From positions 1-64,000 of the forward strand of contig JAHBMJ010000068.1 in NCBI GenBank assembly GCA_018398765.1: DNA of 64,000 bases. The letters run 5' to 3'. A model generated the notes under the pieces. It was given only the letters and a program-made list of their open reading frames with translations. It was not told the origin of the DNA and ran no database searches. This document shows positions 1-16,700 of this stretch, one piece after another. Numbering within the stretch: position 1 is the first letter of the stretch; the number at the start of each line of letters is the position of its first letter. Made by a program: the position numbers and the translations under genes. Source of the DNA: Chromera velia. Taxonomy: Eukaryota.

Positions 1-790
1 GGGGGGGGGGGGGGGGGGCAGTCAACTGGCCGGCGTGCGTCAATCGTGCAGTTGTCATTTTTCTTGCTTTCCGGGGCCATGCGTAAGCTTGCTTGTATCA
101 GATATGCTGTCTTTCGGTAAAAACCCGGCCCCGAAGACAGGCTACATCTCCGGGCTTTTTTTCTGGGGGAAGGGGGGTTCTGCGGCTTTTCCCGCGGGTG
201 GGGGGGGGTCGGCGCGACTGCCCGATCGGCTGGCCTGCGTACGTCAATCGTGAAGTTCTTATTTTTCTTGCTTTCCGGGGCTGTTCGTAAGCTTGCTTGC
301 ATCAGATTTTTTGCCAAAAACCCAGCTCCAAAAGGCTGAATTTGCGCCATGCATGCATCAGATGGGGTTCAGATCCGTGTTTACCCCCACGGGTTTTTTT
401 CCCGGGGGGGAGGAGAGTTCCGCGGCTTTTCCCGCGAGGGGGTGGGGGTGGGGGGGGCGGTTGACTGACCGGCGTAACCTCTCTGAACCTAAGTACCACT
501 TGAAAAAATATAATCAAGATCATCTCTATCTGCGGCATCCTTTTTTAAGAGACCGTCCATGCCTGCAGCGTAGACGGTCAAGACACCGTCCAAATATGTG
601 GCTTTGGCTTTTAAGACACCATAAATGATCCGCGCCTGTGGCACGGACTTTCAAGCTTATCCAAAAATGCGGCCTGAAGGCCCTGAACTTTCAAGTGGTA
701 GTTAGGTTCAGGAAGGTCGCCGGCGTGCGCCAATCGTGCAATTCTCATTTTCTTGCTTTTCTGAGCCGTTTGCAAGGCTTAGCTTACTGG
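1..790. repeat. Degenerate tandem repeat of roughly 210-240 bp units with G-runs; third unit interrupted by a MITE
   Basis: The core GGCGTGCGTCAATCGTGCAGTTGTCATTTTTCTTGCTTTCCGGGGC recurs in diverged form at ~30, ~235 and ~720. The first two follow poly-G tracts, and the third unit starts near 445-475 and resumes at 719. Confidence 0.75.
476..718. mobile_element. MITE-like non-autonomous DNA transposon (~243 bp) with ~30 bp terminal inverted repeats
   Basis: Left AACCTCTCTGAACCTAAGTACCACTTGAAA pairs with right TTTCAAGTGGTAGTTAGGTTCAGGAAGGT. Flanked by (A/G)CCGGCGT, a possible 7-8 bp TSD. Second partial copy at 2934-3096. Confidence 0.8.
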
Positions 791-2029
791 CATTAGATTC
801 GCGCCGCGCGCGCGTGCATATGCGTGCATGTTGCAAACTCGGATCGACTCGGACACATTAAAAATCTTATGCATACACCGTCTCTGGCAGACTCTCTACC
901 TGGCTCTTGCTAGCTCTTGCAAAACCTCCTTAATTCAATAAACGATCAGGCTCAGCTGAGACAATCTGGGAATCGACTTGATCAGTAGAAAACAAGAACC
1001 TGTTGGAACCTGGGGCATAGCTATTGATACCGGTTGATTTCCGTAATCGCTGTTTATAATAACTTTGTATCGGTTTGTATTGCTGAAACGGAATTTATTT
1101 AAATCGCTTTTACCTTTCAAGATGCAGTATTTTATTCCCCTTTGCTGGTTTGCAAAGACTGTTGAAGAGTTCGGGTCAGAGTATGATTGTTAACGATCTT
1201 GATGGATGCCCTGAGTTTCTTAGGGATCAATGCATACATGGACAAGCAGACATAAATCGATACAAATGCATACATGCACAGATGAATACAACAAGCAGCA
1301 TACAGCTCTTAGAATGAAGGATCAGAAAGGTACATCTAGCCTGAGTAACAAACCCTCTATATATGAAATCATAATTATGTGAAGCCTCTGCATACAATCT
1401 CCATAGCTCCTTCTTCTGCTATTAGTAATTCACGGCTTAAATTCACGTAGATTCATCTAAATTCACTTAAATTCATTTTTAAATTCGCTCATTTTTGCAG
1501 CCTAATTAAATTGTATGGTAGCATTGGAAGCTTTACTAGATAGGCCGTTTAACTTAAAAATAAGTTAAAACTGCTCTCATTATATCTCAAATAAGATCTC
1601 AATCTATACCTTGAATATCGTCTAACCTCTGAAAATTTAATCACTTCTACTTTAAGACTACCTAAAAGACTACTATCACTTAAGTTACTTAAAGGGTAGT
1701 CATAACTTAACACATGTCTAGAACATACGTACTAAAAAACTAGCTAAAAAATGCTAAAAAGATGTTTAAACATGTTTAAGCCTAGGGTCTCCAAAACTAG
1801 AGACAAACCTCGAAGTCTTTCAAAGCAAGCCTTACAGCCACCCTAGATCTAATTCAATATCCTATCGAGCTTAACCACCTATGAGCTCTCCGGAGCTGTC
1901 CATGTCTTCCCACTACCTTGCCTTATCCGTTAACTTCTAGTATCCATTAGTAGCGGCTGATCGTTACTCTATCTATCCGAGTACTGCCGCTGCCGCTGCC
2001 CCTCCCTCAACACTCACTCTTCGTACATC

Positions 2030-2930
2030 TCCCTTAGTGTCCCCCAAGCACCCGCTGGCTGCTCTGTGATGCGCTGCCTGCATTCTTGCCCTCATGTATG
2101 TGCACACCTGCCCGTATGTGATGGTATGTCCTATCCTACTTGTCAATGAGACTCACAAGATGCGCTACCTTCTTTAAGAACATCTCGGCGTCCTTTTTGA
2201 GGGCCCCATCTAGTAGTACACTGCTGACGAGGGGCGTGAAATCGTATCCCTTGTCTCTGCATGGCTCGGCATACTGCTCCTTTTTCCCCGTGGCTGACCG
2301 GGTGAGAACTTTCAGCCAGTCACCCTGTACATAAGAGGCCGCCTGGGTATTAACCATCCTTGTATCTAGGATTGCCTGCCTCTGCCTTGCCCAGAGTCCC
2401 CGCACTTAGAAGCCCTTGTAGAGGACTAGTAGACCTGGCACTTCTCCTTCTGCCCTCACTACTGACTCCCCCCTCCCTACTGGCGACGTGAACGCCAGCT
2501 CTACTAGGTCACACTACACTTGGTTTACCTCGTTGTGTCTCCTCCCAACATATTCCCCTCTCTTGCAGTTGAGGGCGTGCTGCAGCCCCCAGCTGCCAGT
2601 GTCCCCACACCCCTCGTAATTCCTCTTGTCTCCCTGCGCCTTGAATTGGTAGCATAGGGTGAGGGCATCTTGGAACTCTTCCAGGCTAAGGAGCATGTCG
2701 TCCGCTTCTTGCGGAACCATACTAAGCCATCCTAAGTGTCGCTTTGCCTTTACTGCTCCCCCGTCACCTCCAAAACTTCCATTTCTTTCACCCTCTCATA
2801 CTCTCTTCCATCTCTCTTTCTCCTTTGCCCTCTTTCTCTAGCTGTGCTCTTTGCGGGCCTCTTTCCTTTCCTCTCTTTCTTTTTCCTCCTCTACCTCTCT
2901 TCTTTCTCGAATGGCCTAACAGTGTATGAG
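2030..2930 (-). mobile_element. Degenerate 3' fragment of a CRE/SLACS-type non-LTR retrotransposon (CCHC knuckle + restriction-like endonuclease)
   Basis: Interrupted translation GWLSMVP...LSLEEFQDAL...GCG...HALNCKRGEYVGRRHNEV...VRGLWARQRQAILDTRMVNTQAASY...KKEQY...FTPLVSS...GAL, typical of RLE-type non-LTR C-termini. In-frame TAG/TAA stops. Confidence 0.8.
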
Positions 2931-2933
2931 GAG

Positions 2934-3096
2934 CAGGCGTGGATCGTTTACGGTATCTTAAAAAGCCAAGCCGCACATTTGGGAGGTGTCTTGATCATCA
3001 GTGCCGCAGATGTAGACGGTCTCTTGAAAAATGATGTCGCAGATATAGATTATCTTGATCATATTCTTTCAAATAGTACTTAGGTTCAGGGAGGTT
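2934..3096 (-). mobile_element. Truncated second copy of the 476-718 MITE (one TIR plus ~130 bp)
   Basis: Reverse complement begins AACCTCCCTGAACCTAAGTACTATTTGAAAG and aligns with 476-638. It abuts the 5'-truncated end of the CRE fragment. Confidence 0.8.
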
Positions 3097-4436
3097 AAGA
3101 ACTGCAACATTAAATTTGACAATTACCAGATCAATAGTAATCAATAGGACCCTGTGGTTCAATGAAACTACCACGGTGGTGATCATGAATTAACGTAAGG
3201 AGAGTGCGCAGCTGTATCCAGGTTGCCACGTACACTGCCTGCTGTGTGATTAATCGGTGGCATATGTAGAGATGCGGACCCAGCTTAGCAAGTGGAGACT
3301 TGTCCCCATAAAATAGGCAGGTGTCTCGGCGGCCCCCCTAAGACTGGGCCTAAGTGCAATCATGCCCTCTTTGTAGCGTACGTCTGTCTGAACTTTCGAG
3401 CACTCAACGTGATATCGATACTGCGGACGACTCAGCAACTCGGACAGACTTGAAGTCGGGCGAATCTCAGTCTGTCTTCATGAAGTAGACGAAGACACGA
3501 GGAAAAAAAAACAGAGGCTAAATGTGTAAGGCTCTTTTTAAATTAAGTTAAGGCATGATGGGAACGTGCTAAAACAGTGGAAGGCCACTGCTATTGACGG
3601 TGACTTTGATGCGTACCTCAAAAGTGTCTGGCTACAGCTTCAAACTGATTTATATTCATTTCTTTTGAGGACTGCACGTGGTCGGGCATTGGTCGGGCGG
3701 GTCAGGGTTGGTATGGGTTGGTGGGGACCACACTTTCATTCCGTTTTTACGTACCGATAGCTGCAGTCTGCAATCAATGCTTTGCATATTTTTTTTTTTA
3801 CGTGCAGCATGCCAAGAGCCTAAGGCTGGTTTCTTTCTGAAATCTCACTTTCAAGACTCAGAGTCGCGTTAATATCATCTCGCTCTAGGTCTCGCTTTGT
3901 CTAGCGCTTTGTACGAGTCACATACATATGACATACATACAGGTCTGCTAGCAGGTCTGTTATTGTGTCATTATATCAATCACTGTCGAACTGAGTCTGA
4001 GTGTAGTATGTCGTACTTTATGTTGTTTTTGTGGCAAATTTTGTCTGGCAACTTTTTGTACAGTTCTGGCTGTTCCATGCTGAAACGATTGTTATGCATC
4101 TTGCGAAGCAAGTTAGTTTATACTATATGCTTAGGAGTAACCAATTTAGGATGGTAACTCGTTAGGCCGCGCGGTAACTAGAATCGTGGTTACGGTAGTA
4201 CTTTTAGGTTGGGTTACCATGACAGCCACTAATGATGTCCTGTTTGATTTTAAGTATGATTCTAATCATTCACAGCTAGTATATGATGTCTAAGAACTGG
4301 GACTCTCTTTATATGTATCTAGATAATTCTCGTTCTGTACCCAGTTTTTATATTGTTTCACAAGAAACCACTGTTAAGACATTTTGCTGCAATTTTTGCA
4401 TAAGTCGCGAGCTAGGTCGCGACACGACATTCTCAA

Positions 4437-7655
<3,219 letters not shown>

Positions 7656-8129
7656 CCCTTCCCTTCCCTTCTTCTGTTGGCTTATGCAGCGCCACGCCAG
7701 GGATTGCCACTCCTTTCAACTCCAGAAAGCTCGCAACCTCACACGTTCGTTCGATGCTCCCGTCTGAGGGAAAGCTCACAAGCAGAGGAAAGAAGGAAGG
7801 CACGAGACGAGACGGGAGTCACAAAACCTCTAAGAAACGCACACCCTCGGCCCAACGTGCAGATATCGATAGTCTTCGGACCAAAACTGGCTACTAATGA
7901 AAAATGGCAGGCAGGATCAGGCAGGCGTGCAAGTTGAAGCTCACTGGAAACTTGTGGAAAGGAAGGTTCAAAGATGGAAAGGAAGGTTCAAAGAACCAAC
8001 CAGGCTTCATGGATCCGGCCATGCAATCTCGATCAAAAATCATGGCCCCGGAAAGCGTAGCGTGCATGGAGCACCCCGGCCGATGCAGAATTCAGTCTGA
8101 TCGAGCTAGACTCAGACCATGCAGTACGT

Positions 8130-8182
8130 GTTTCTAGAGCAGCCTTGGTGAGCACCGCGGCGCAGCCGCGGTGTCTAGAAAC
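8130..8182. promoter_or_regulatory. Nested inverted repeat in the divergent intergenic region between CCDC43 and the LRR-ANK gene
   Basis: CACCGCGGC-GCA-GCCGCGGTG is a perfect 9-bp stem (8153-8173) enclosed by GTTTCTAGA...TCTAGAAAC. Regulatory role is inferred from position only. Confidence 0.4.
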
Positions 8183-8675
8183 GCTGACTCAGACTGACTG
8201 ACGCGAACGATCGCGAACGTATCTCCTGATTGCTGACTCCCAGCATCGTGTAGCAAGGAGTTCACTTCACTTCTCATAGACTGGAAGTCTTCTTGACGAC
8301 ACAATCTGCATCGGTGTTGGGATTCGACCTCGAGCTCCGGTACAGATGTATACGGAGCAACAGTTGTGTCTGTCTCCAGGATGCAAACAACCGAATGATG
8401 AGATGATGGAGGCAGTCCAATAGCAAGTCACGCCACTGGAACAAGGGCTCCTAAGATATCGACAGGATCGTGTCGTCCTTTCTGGATGACCAGAATCCCC
8501 CCCCACACCCTATTGCTCGTCTATCTCCTTTTCCTCTAATCACCAGATCTCCATTTAGGTTTCTTCTCAACAACAGTTTGTTTTTTCGTCTCTTCTTCCA
8601 TCACTCAGCCTCTATTCACACCAGTGGGTCTGGTTAGATAAGTCGGACGAGGCTTTTCCTTCTGGAGGGGACACA

Positions 8676-10394
8676 ATGGCGTCCGTCTCCTCCTGCAGTG
8701 TCCCGACGCTGACGAGCGGAGCGGTGGTGGCGCTTCTCCGCCAGAATCGTCTGGAAAGGGCGGAGGACATCAGGACATTGAACCTAGAGGGAGGGTCGAT
8801 GACAGTGATCGCATCAGAAGTGAGTCAGCGGTTAGCGGCTAGACTATCATGTTTTCTGTTCTTCTTTTGTATGGGTCCGTAGACTCTCTGCAAAGTATGC
8901 GACAGGTTTGTCAAGTAAGCAAGTCTTTGTGTTCACGCGTAGACGGAGCCCTCTCTGTCTCTTCTTTTTTGAATGCAAAACGTCCTCAAAAGGGAATAGT
9001 TCTGGTTGACACAGAAACCGTTGGCTATTTAGACATCTGGGGGTGTCGTACAGGGACCCTGCACCCTCAATTGTTCGTTCTCCGGCTCTCCATAAAAAGA
9101 CGACTGCGGACCTTCGACGCGGAACTTGATGCAGATCGAGACGTGTTGTGCCCATCGGGTCTACTTCTGGATGCTGTGGTGTTCCCTGCTCGATACTCAG
9201 ACTTGCCTCTGCCTTACCTTCTAGGCTGAATGAGTGAATAGCCCGCCAGACGGATGAATGAATACAAGAAATGCATGGGTGTGCCTGCAGGCATTCCAAA
9301 TGCTATCGGGAGTTACGACTCTGAACCTGAGCGTCAACAGCCTGTTGGTTCTCCCGAAAAGCATCTCTTCACTCCGAAATCTTCAGGTGTGTGTGCGTGT
9401 CTGGCTATCAGACGAGAAATGAAAAGAAAGACCGGGAAGTGCGTTGCAGTCTGTTGGGCTGTCTACAAAGAAAAAAAAAAAGAACGGACGAAGTCAATTG
9501 GTCTGCCCGTTTATCCCTTTGCTCGTCTCTCATGCTGTGTGTTTCCCCTCCGCCCCCTCTGTCTTTCTCTCTCTATTTATGTATCTGTCCATCCGTTCAT
9601 CGTCACCTCTCTCTCTGTCTGTGTCTATCTGAGAACACAAACCTTTCTGTCTGTCTGCCTGGCCGTTGAGAGGCCACAAAACGGGGGAGGGAGGGTGGGG
9701 GAGTCTCTCTGTGCGTGTGGGAGAGAGAGTGTGTGAATTTCTAAATGATTTGAGGAGATGGTAAAACAGAAAACTGAGGAGACAAAAAAAATGTGTGGAG
9801 ACTCGAATGGTTGGAGGCAGACCGTGTCAGGGACAACCGGAGAATCCGAACACCGAAAATGTTTTTATCTGTACCGACGGTACCTCCAAATCCCCAACCA
9901 TGCATTTCGCACTCTCGCGCAAGGCTTGGTTGGATCATTGCTGTGTTGCTTCCTGCTGCAGCGTTTGCGTGTTGATTCAAACAACCTCAGCACGCTTCCT
10001 GCCGGACTGTGCGAGTGCTCCCAGCTGATTCACCTGTCAGCCAGACAGAACAGATTGACGACTTGGCCAGAGACCCGGGGACTGCTAAATCTGAAGGAGC
10101 TGCTCCTCTCGGGCAATTTGGTTGGTCTCAACATTGATTCATCCATCATTCGTTCATCTGTAGAAAGAAGGCAAAGAAGATTCGGCGAATGATTCTTCTG
10201 TTTCTCCCTTTGTCCTCTTTTCTTTCTTTTTGATTTCGTGCATGTGGATAACCGGACCGGAAATAGAGCGAACTTGACTTCTTTCTCAGCCTAGCAGTCC
10301 CTGTATCACTCTACGCCTCCCTCGTCCCGGCCCTTTGTGTGTGTGTGTGTGCGTGTGTGTGCGTATGTGTGCGTGCGTGTGTGCGTATGTGTGC

Positions 10395-10433
<39 letters not shown>

Positions 10434-10496
10434 TTTATGTGTGTGTGCGTGTGTGTGTGCGTGTGTGTGTGCGTATGTGTGTGTGTGTGTGTGTGC

Positions 10497-10527
<31 letters not shown>

Positions 10528-10557
10528 TGTGTGTGTGTTTATGTGTGTCTGTGTGTT

Positions 10558-10590
<33 letters not shown>

Positions 10591-10631
10591 ATGTATGTGT
10601 GTATGTGTGTGTGTGTGTGTATGTATGTATG

Positions 10632-10691
<60 letters not shown>

Positions 10692-13600
10692 CCAATTTGC
10701 TTGTTTCCCCTCGGAATGTCTGCAGATCAAGACGGTGCCAGAATCCGTTGGAGATCTGCCTCTCTCCTCCCTCCATATTGTGTCCAGTCAGTATTTATTG
10801 ATACATTACGTAACGTGAAGAAGTGAAAACGTGTGGCGAGCGGGTGAGAGGGAGAAAGTGTACGTGTGACTGTGTGTGTGTGTGGGTGAGACAGGAAAAG
10901 AGGGGGGGTTTCCTTGCGGAGAGCTTGTCATGGCAGGGAGGGAGGAATAGGAGAGCTTGGGTTTTTTTTGCTTCTTTCTCTCTTTTTGTCTTCTTTCTCC
11001 TCCTCCTTGGATTGCGCGCATCTCTTCTCTTCAGTTTATCTTCCTGTCTTCCTCGCCCTGAATGTTCGTGTATGCGAGGTTGGCTTCTCTTTATTCGCTT
11101 TCGGCCATTTGTGTGCTCGCAGATCGGTTCACAACACTTCCAGTGGCCTTCGCGCAGTTGCGGCACAGCCTCGAGACTCTAGGGCTTGAGTGGTTCTGCT
11201 TGTGTGGAATGCGATTCGAGGGCTCTGAGGTTCGTTCGTGCGTGCGTCAGTTGTGTATATTTTGTTGTCGGACGCAGGGCAGTGTTCGGCAGAGTGTGCC
11301 ATCTCTCTTCCTCTCACGCTCTCTCTCTCTGCCCATGTGTCTCCGCGTATATTGTTTCATTACTTAAGTTAGCTCATGCCTTCTGTGCGTCCGTGTGTGC
11401 GAGCCATTCATTTTGTCTTTTCTCCTTCGTCATCCCGTCTGTTCCTGTGGGAAGGAACAACGTCCACACACAAGAGAGACAGTGAGGGGAAGAATCCAAA
11501 ATCCACTTTGGGCGGGGATCTCTCTTTGCTGTCTGACTGCAAGAACGCATCTTAAAGGTTCGAAGGCACGTACATGGTTGTGCATGTATCGATTTGTAAA
11601 TACACAGGGAAGTATCGATGTGTGTGCATGTATGTGAGCGCAGATCAGGAGATTGGTGGATTCGGCTGTGGTCTTTCGAAGACTCTATCCCGACAGTGAG
11701 GGGGACCTATCCCCTCCTGTCAATGGGAAAGGAAAGGGAAAGGGAAAAGAGAGAGAGACCGCTGGTTGCGGTAGTAGTAGTGAGAGAGAGAGAGGAGCGT
11801 TCACGTTTCTCTCCCCCGGGTCTCACTGGCGAGGTGGGGGATCTGCTAGAGGCGCAATCGGGAAGAGAGACAGAGAAAAACAAAGGGAAAAGGATGAGGC
11901 GAAAAAACTGGATTCAGCACTGATGGAAGCCCTCATGTGAGTTTTTTTTTTTCCTGTGACGCCCCCTTTTCCTTTCAATTTCCTTCTCCATTCTCCTCCG
12001 CTGCGATTTCTGTGCCTCCGCTTGTCAGTCTGATTGAGATTGTCTTTCTCCGAGTCTTTCTTCGTGCTTTTTCTCTTTCTTCAGCTTCTTGTCTGCTTGT
12101 TTCCTTGTGCTCTGCCATACCTCATTCTCTTCTTCCTTTCTCCTTTGCACCTCTCTTTCTTTCTTCCCTCCATCCTCCTCCGCTTTGCCGCCTTGATCCA
12201 TCCGTCTATGCCTTCATGAATCTGCGCCTCATAAAATAAATGCACTCCAACTCCCATGAACAGGGATGCCGTAGAGGAGCTGGGGGCTGGCAAAGAGAGA
12301 GACTCTCAGGTGGGTCTCCCTTGTTTGTTTTTCTGGACGGAAAAATGACAAACAATTAATGTACGATTGATTTCCTGTACTTGCTGTTTTTTTTCTAGCT
12401 TCTTTATGGATAGATAGCTCTTCTCTTTTGGGGATTTTCCGCCTCATGAGGGACAATTAAGCGTGTCAAAATTGATTTTTGTTCTTGTTCCAGTAAATTG
12501 GTGTCCTTGATCTCTTCTTCAATCTGAGTGTACCATCTCTTTGTCAATGTTGCATTGAAGTCGTGGTCAGTCTCTCTGTCTCTCTCTCTTTCTCTGCTTC
12601 GGTTTCTTTCCTCCCTACCTCCTTCGCTCTCTCATTCTCTCTCTCTCTCACTGGCTTCCCCCATTCCCCCCTTCCGCCTATCAACATGGTCTTCGACAAC
12701 CTTTGGAGTTTCTCTCTCACCGCAAGTGGACGTATTCTGTAGCTTTTGCCCTTCGTACGGTTCATCCCTCCATCTCATCTCATGTGCCTGTGTGTTGTCA
12801 TTCACGTGTGACAGCTGAGTCTCCTGAAGTGCGTGGAAGCGATGGAGAGGAGGCTGGAGAGTTCTCTGGCAGGCCCTCCTCGAGGGTCCGCTTCGACGCC
12901 TCTCTCTCTCTCAGGAGGGCCTGCGTCCTTTCTGGAGATGCACGACCGAAAGGAAAACTCCTGCTGCACCCTTAGGACCTCTCTGGGCTCCTCTGTTGGT
13001 GTGCGTGGCCCGCCCCTTCCCCTTTCATTGGGTCCGAATCCATTTCCCCTGAATGGGCGTTCTGGTCAATCCGTCGCCTCGTTTTGTTTCTCTGATGCAC
13101 AAATGGAGGGGCAGAATGGCGGTCAGGGACTGGACTTGCTGGAGGAAGCGGCGGGAGCGGGACAGATAGCGCCCTCGGGATTCGCCCGACTTGACTTTGC
13201 AGTTCGGGGCGCGTTTTTTGGAGTTGCGAAGGCGCTTGTTGAGGAGGGGGGAGTTGATCCTCGAGGGTTCTCTTTCCGTCCGTGCTCAAATGGGAGGGGA
13301 AGAGGGAGGGGCGACCACTCCAGTAATTCAAATGCCCACTGTGCGGCATCTTCATCCTCTGCGTCTCACATTTCTTCTGGGAGCGGCTGCAGAGGAGGGC
13401 AGCAGCACCAGGAGACGGAAATAGACACGCACAGCGCAGAGGAAGGAGGATCTTCAGCCATCGGGAGCAGGTCGCAGGAACAAGGGGCCAGTCCAGATGG
13501 GATGGTCATGTCCCCCCTTGCGCTTGCGATGACGTTTGGAAGTGAAGACATAGCGATTCTTCTGATTGAGAATGGGGCCTCGTTGACCGAGGGCTTCCTC

Positions 13601-13695
13601 TCCTTCGAGAATGCATTCCTCTATGCTGTTCAGGTTCGTTACTCAGGCAGGCAGTCAACAAGTACATTTGCACTCGCGTTCAACTTTTTGTTTTT

Positions 13696-13772
<77 letters not shown>

Positions 13773-16700
13773 ACTGCACGTCAAGAACAAATTGAGGAAG
13801 CCTCTCTCGTCTTTTCTCTGTTCCTTCTTCCCCGTGATTACCGTGCTGTGCTTCTCGATTCTCCCGGTCACATCAGCTCTCTCATCTCGTCTCGTTTCGT
13901 CTCCTTGCTTCTTCTTGCAGACGCGAATGCCAAAAGTTGTCGACATAGCTGCGCGACTGGGGTGTACGGCAGGTGCCGGCGCCGACGGGAGCGGAAGCGC
14001 GCGGGAGGGAGACGGAACAGAGGGCGAGGGGGGAGGGAATAGTTGCGGAGTTTCTACTGCTGGGGATCGGGAGCGGGAAAGGGCCCAGTATGCTTTGGCC
14101 AGGCGGGGGGAAGGGGTAAGAGACAGGACGAGCGGAGGTGCCAACGGTTTCGGCGCATTTCATCTTTTGTTTTTTGACTTCGACAACGGATCTGCTACCA
14201 GAGCTTCCGGGGAGAAAATTTTCGATCGATTGAACGCAACCTCAGCTGACAGGAATGCCCTGGCTGCGTCCGATGTGACGCCTCTGTACGTTGCGGTGCA
14301 GAGGAAAAACTACAGAGCTCTCTCGCTCATCTGCCGCTCTGTCCTGAATGCACCGTCAGAGTGTCGTGCGGGAAACTGTACACATGCGTGGGAGCACGAA
14401 AGGAGACGGCAGAGACGGCGGACAGGCAAGACCGCCACGACAGGCTGCCCCTTGGTCTTTGACCTCGATGCCCCCTCCTACTGCTTCAGGTGGTCCGCTC
14501 TCCACAAAGTCTCTATTGACTCCAACTTGGCCGCCGTGGCCGAGTTGGTCGCTGCAGGGGCAAGCGTGCTCGTGCGCAATGCACAAGGACGCACTCCCCG
14601 AGCAGTGTCACGAGGTAACTTGACGATTATGAAGGTACTTCGTTCAGCCGAGAAGGATTGGCTGTTCGGGAAGACCGGCTGCAGACTTGTGGAGCCGCGT
14701 CATCCTGTTCTGAGTGTAGAAGAACAGGCGCAAAAGCTGAAGGTCGCCGGGTTCATCCCAGTCGACATATCGGCAGATCTTCTTTGTGACCCCTTTACAA
14801 CAGATGCTAGGTCTAGAGGGGCAGCAGGAGATGGCGGGTTGGCTGACCAGAAAGGGAATGTCACACACGGAGAGGAACGAAGAGGTGGAGCGTCAAGATT
14901 GAGGCTCCGCCCGGCGCCCCGCCCCTCACCCTTGAAGCCCTCAGCAGCCGGTCAAGCTTCACGATCCCACTCCCCCTCCACCCGCCGTGCCCGAGCAGTC
15001 CCCTCCCCAATTTCAATTCCATCCTCAACCTCCAAACCGACAGAGGCTGTCCGGTCCCTGTCTGCTAAGAACGAAACTCCGCCTCCTCCGTCGCCCTCCT
15101 TCTTCTCAACCCTTGCCCCTCCTCCAATAGCAAGGAGAGGAACTGCAACGAGAGGGGCCACAGGGGGAGGAGACCAATCGAACACGCACACCCCAGTCAT
15201 CATTCAGAGAACTGTCCCCCCCCCCCCGGTGGCCCCCCCTCCCGGAATTGGACAGAACGCAGATGCTCCTGAGGAGCCTCCTGAGGCGTTCGTCCACTCT
15301 CTGTCTTCCGTTCTGAGGAAAGTGGACAGTGCAGCAGCATCTGTGCGAGCACCCGCAGGGGCATTGACGGGGGTGCAAGAGGGTCGTCATGATGGAACCG
15401 TGAGTGACAGCAGCTTGGCCTCATTTCTCCGTGAGGAGACGGCAGGACTTGCTGACAGGGTGACCGTCTCTGTCTCTGCCCTCCCCCCCTGTCCCGCGTC
15501 TGTGGGGCCGTCCCCTCGTGACTCTCAGAATGGGGCGCAAGGGCTGCGGGCGGGGTCAAGAGAGGGGGAGGAGGAGGAGGAGGAGGATGGTTGGGGCGAC
15601 GCGAGTCTGGGAGAGGAGTCTGTGGCTGCGCTTGACCTCTTAGATGCGTCGTTTGAAGTCGAGAGCCAAGTCAAGGCATTCAGTCAGGAAAGGAAAAAGG
15701 GGAGCAAAAAAGAGGGAGGCGGGGAGACTGTCGATCCTTCGCAGCACTGTTTGAGTGAGGGGGGAGAAAGAAGTGTGTGGAGACAGGCGGCTTCTGAGGG
15801 AGTCGCACGAGGAAGAGGCGAGGAGACGGACAGGGTGCTGCACAGCACCGCGGACGATGAAGCTGAGTGCCCTGTGCCTAGCGAAAGTCAGTCAGTCAGT
15901 CAGTCGGTGCAGTTGGTCTTTTGTCCGAATACAAGTTTCCGAACACCTGTACACAGGCACTCAACCTGCGTGCTGGGTTTGCTTCTTACAAGGAAGGTTT
16001 GTATGTCAGCCTCTGTGTGCCGATCGGGTCGGTGGACCGTTCTCTTGCACTGACGGAACAACGAGTTTTTCTTCCTCACCAAAATCTTTCACAATTTGGC
16101 CAATTAATTTTTCATACGAAAAGCTGCCGACTCCTTCCGGTGCGTTGGTGCGTGTGCAGCCCGACCGCAATAGGTTTGTTTCCTTTCCCTCTATCTTTGT
16201 CTTTCTCTTCTTTCTATTGTCCCTCCCGACCCCCCTGCCTGCATGAATGCATGGAACCATGCAGTGCCGCTTCTTCGGCGGAATCTTGTCGACCCTTCTC
16301 CCCTGCCAGATCCTCTCTTGAGAGATCCCATGGGGGCAGAGGACGATGGAAGAAGGGGGCGGAGTGATTCTGATGAATGGGAAATGGAGGGCATAGCCTC
16401 ACTCTCTCCATCCCCCTCTCCGTGTCCCCATAACTCCATCGCCATGCGCGCACTCTCAGAATCCTCCCCTTCGCTTCCGGCAACTGCAGCGCCCTGCCGG
16501 GGTCCCGCAGTGACGGCCCCTTGCGGCGGTGGGGGGGGAGAGAGACGGGAGACCAAGGGGTCGGAGCGGATGAATGCCTCGGGGACGAGATTTCTCTTTC
16601 CTCCTGACCAGGATGGTCAGCAGATGAGTGGGGGGGAGACGCAGTGTTCTGCTCCCCTCCCGCCTCCCTGCAGAGGGGGTGGGAGGGACGCCCAGCAAAA

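Noticed and set aside
3566..3760. Possible MULE-like transposase remnant (FDAYLKSVW)
   Set aside because: Too short and no catalytic motifs; cannot be supported without a search.
7955..7994. 20-bp tandem duplication TGGAAAGGAAGGTTCAAAGA
   Set aside because: Simple local duplication with no further evidence of function.
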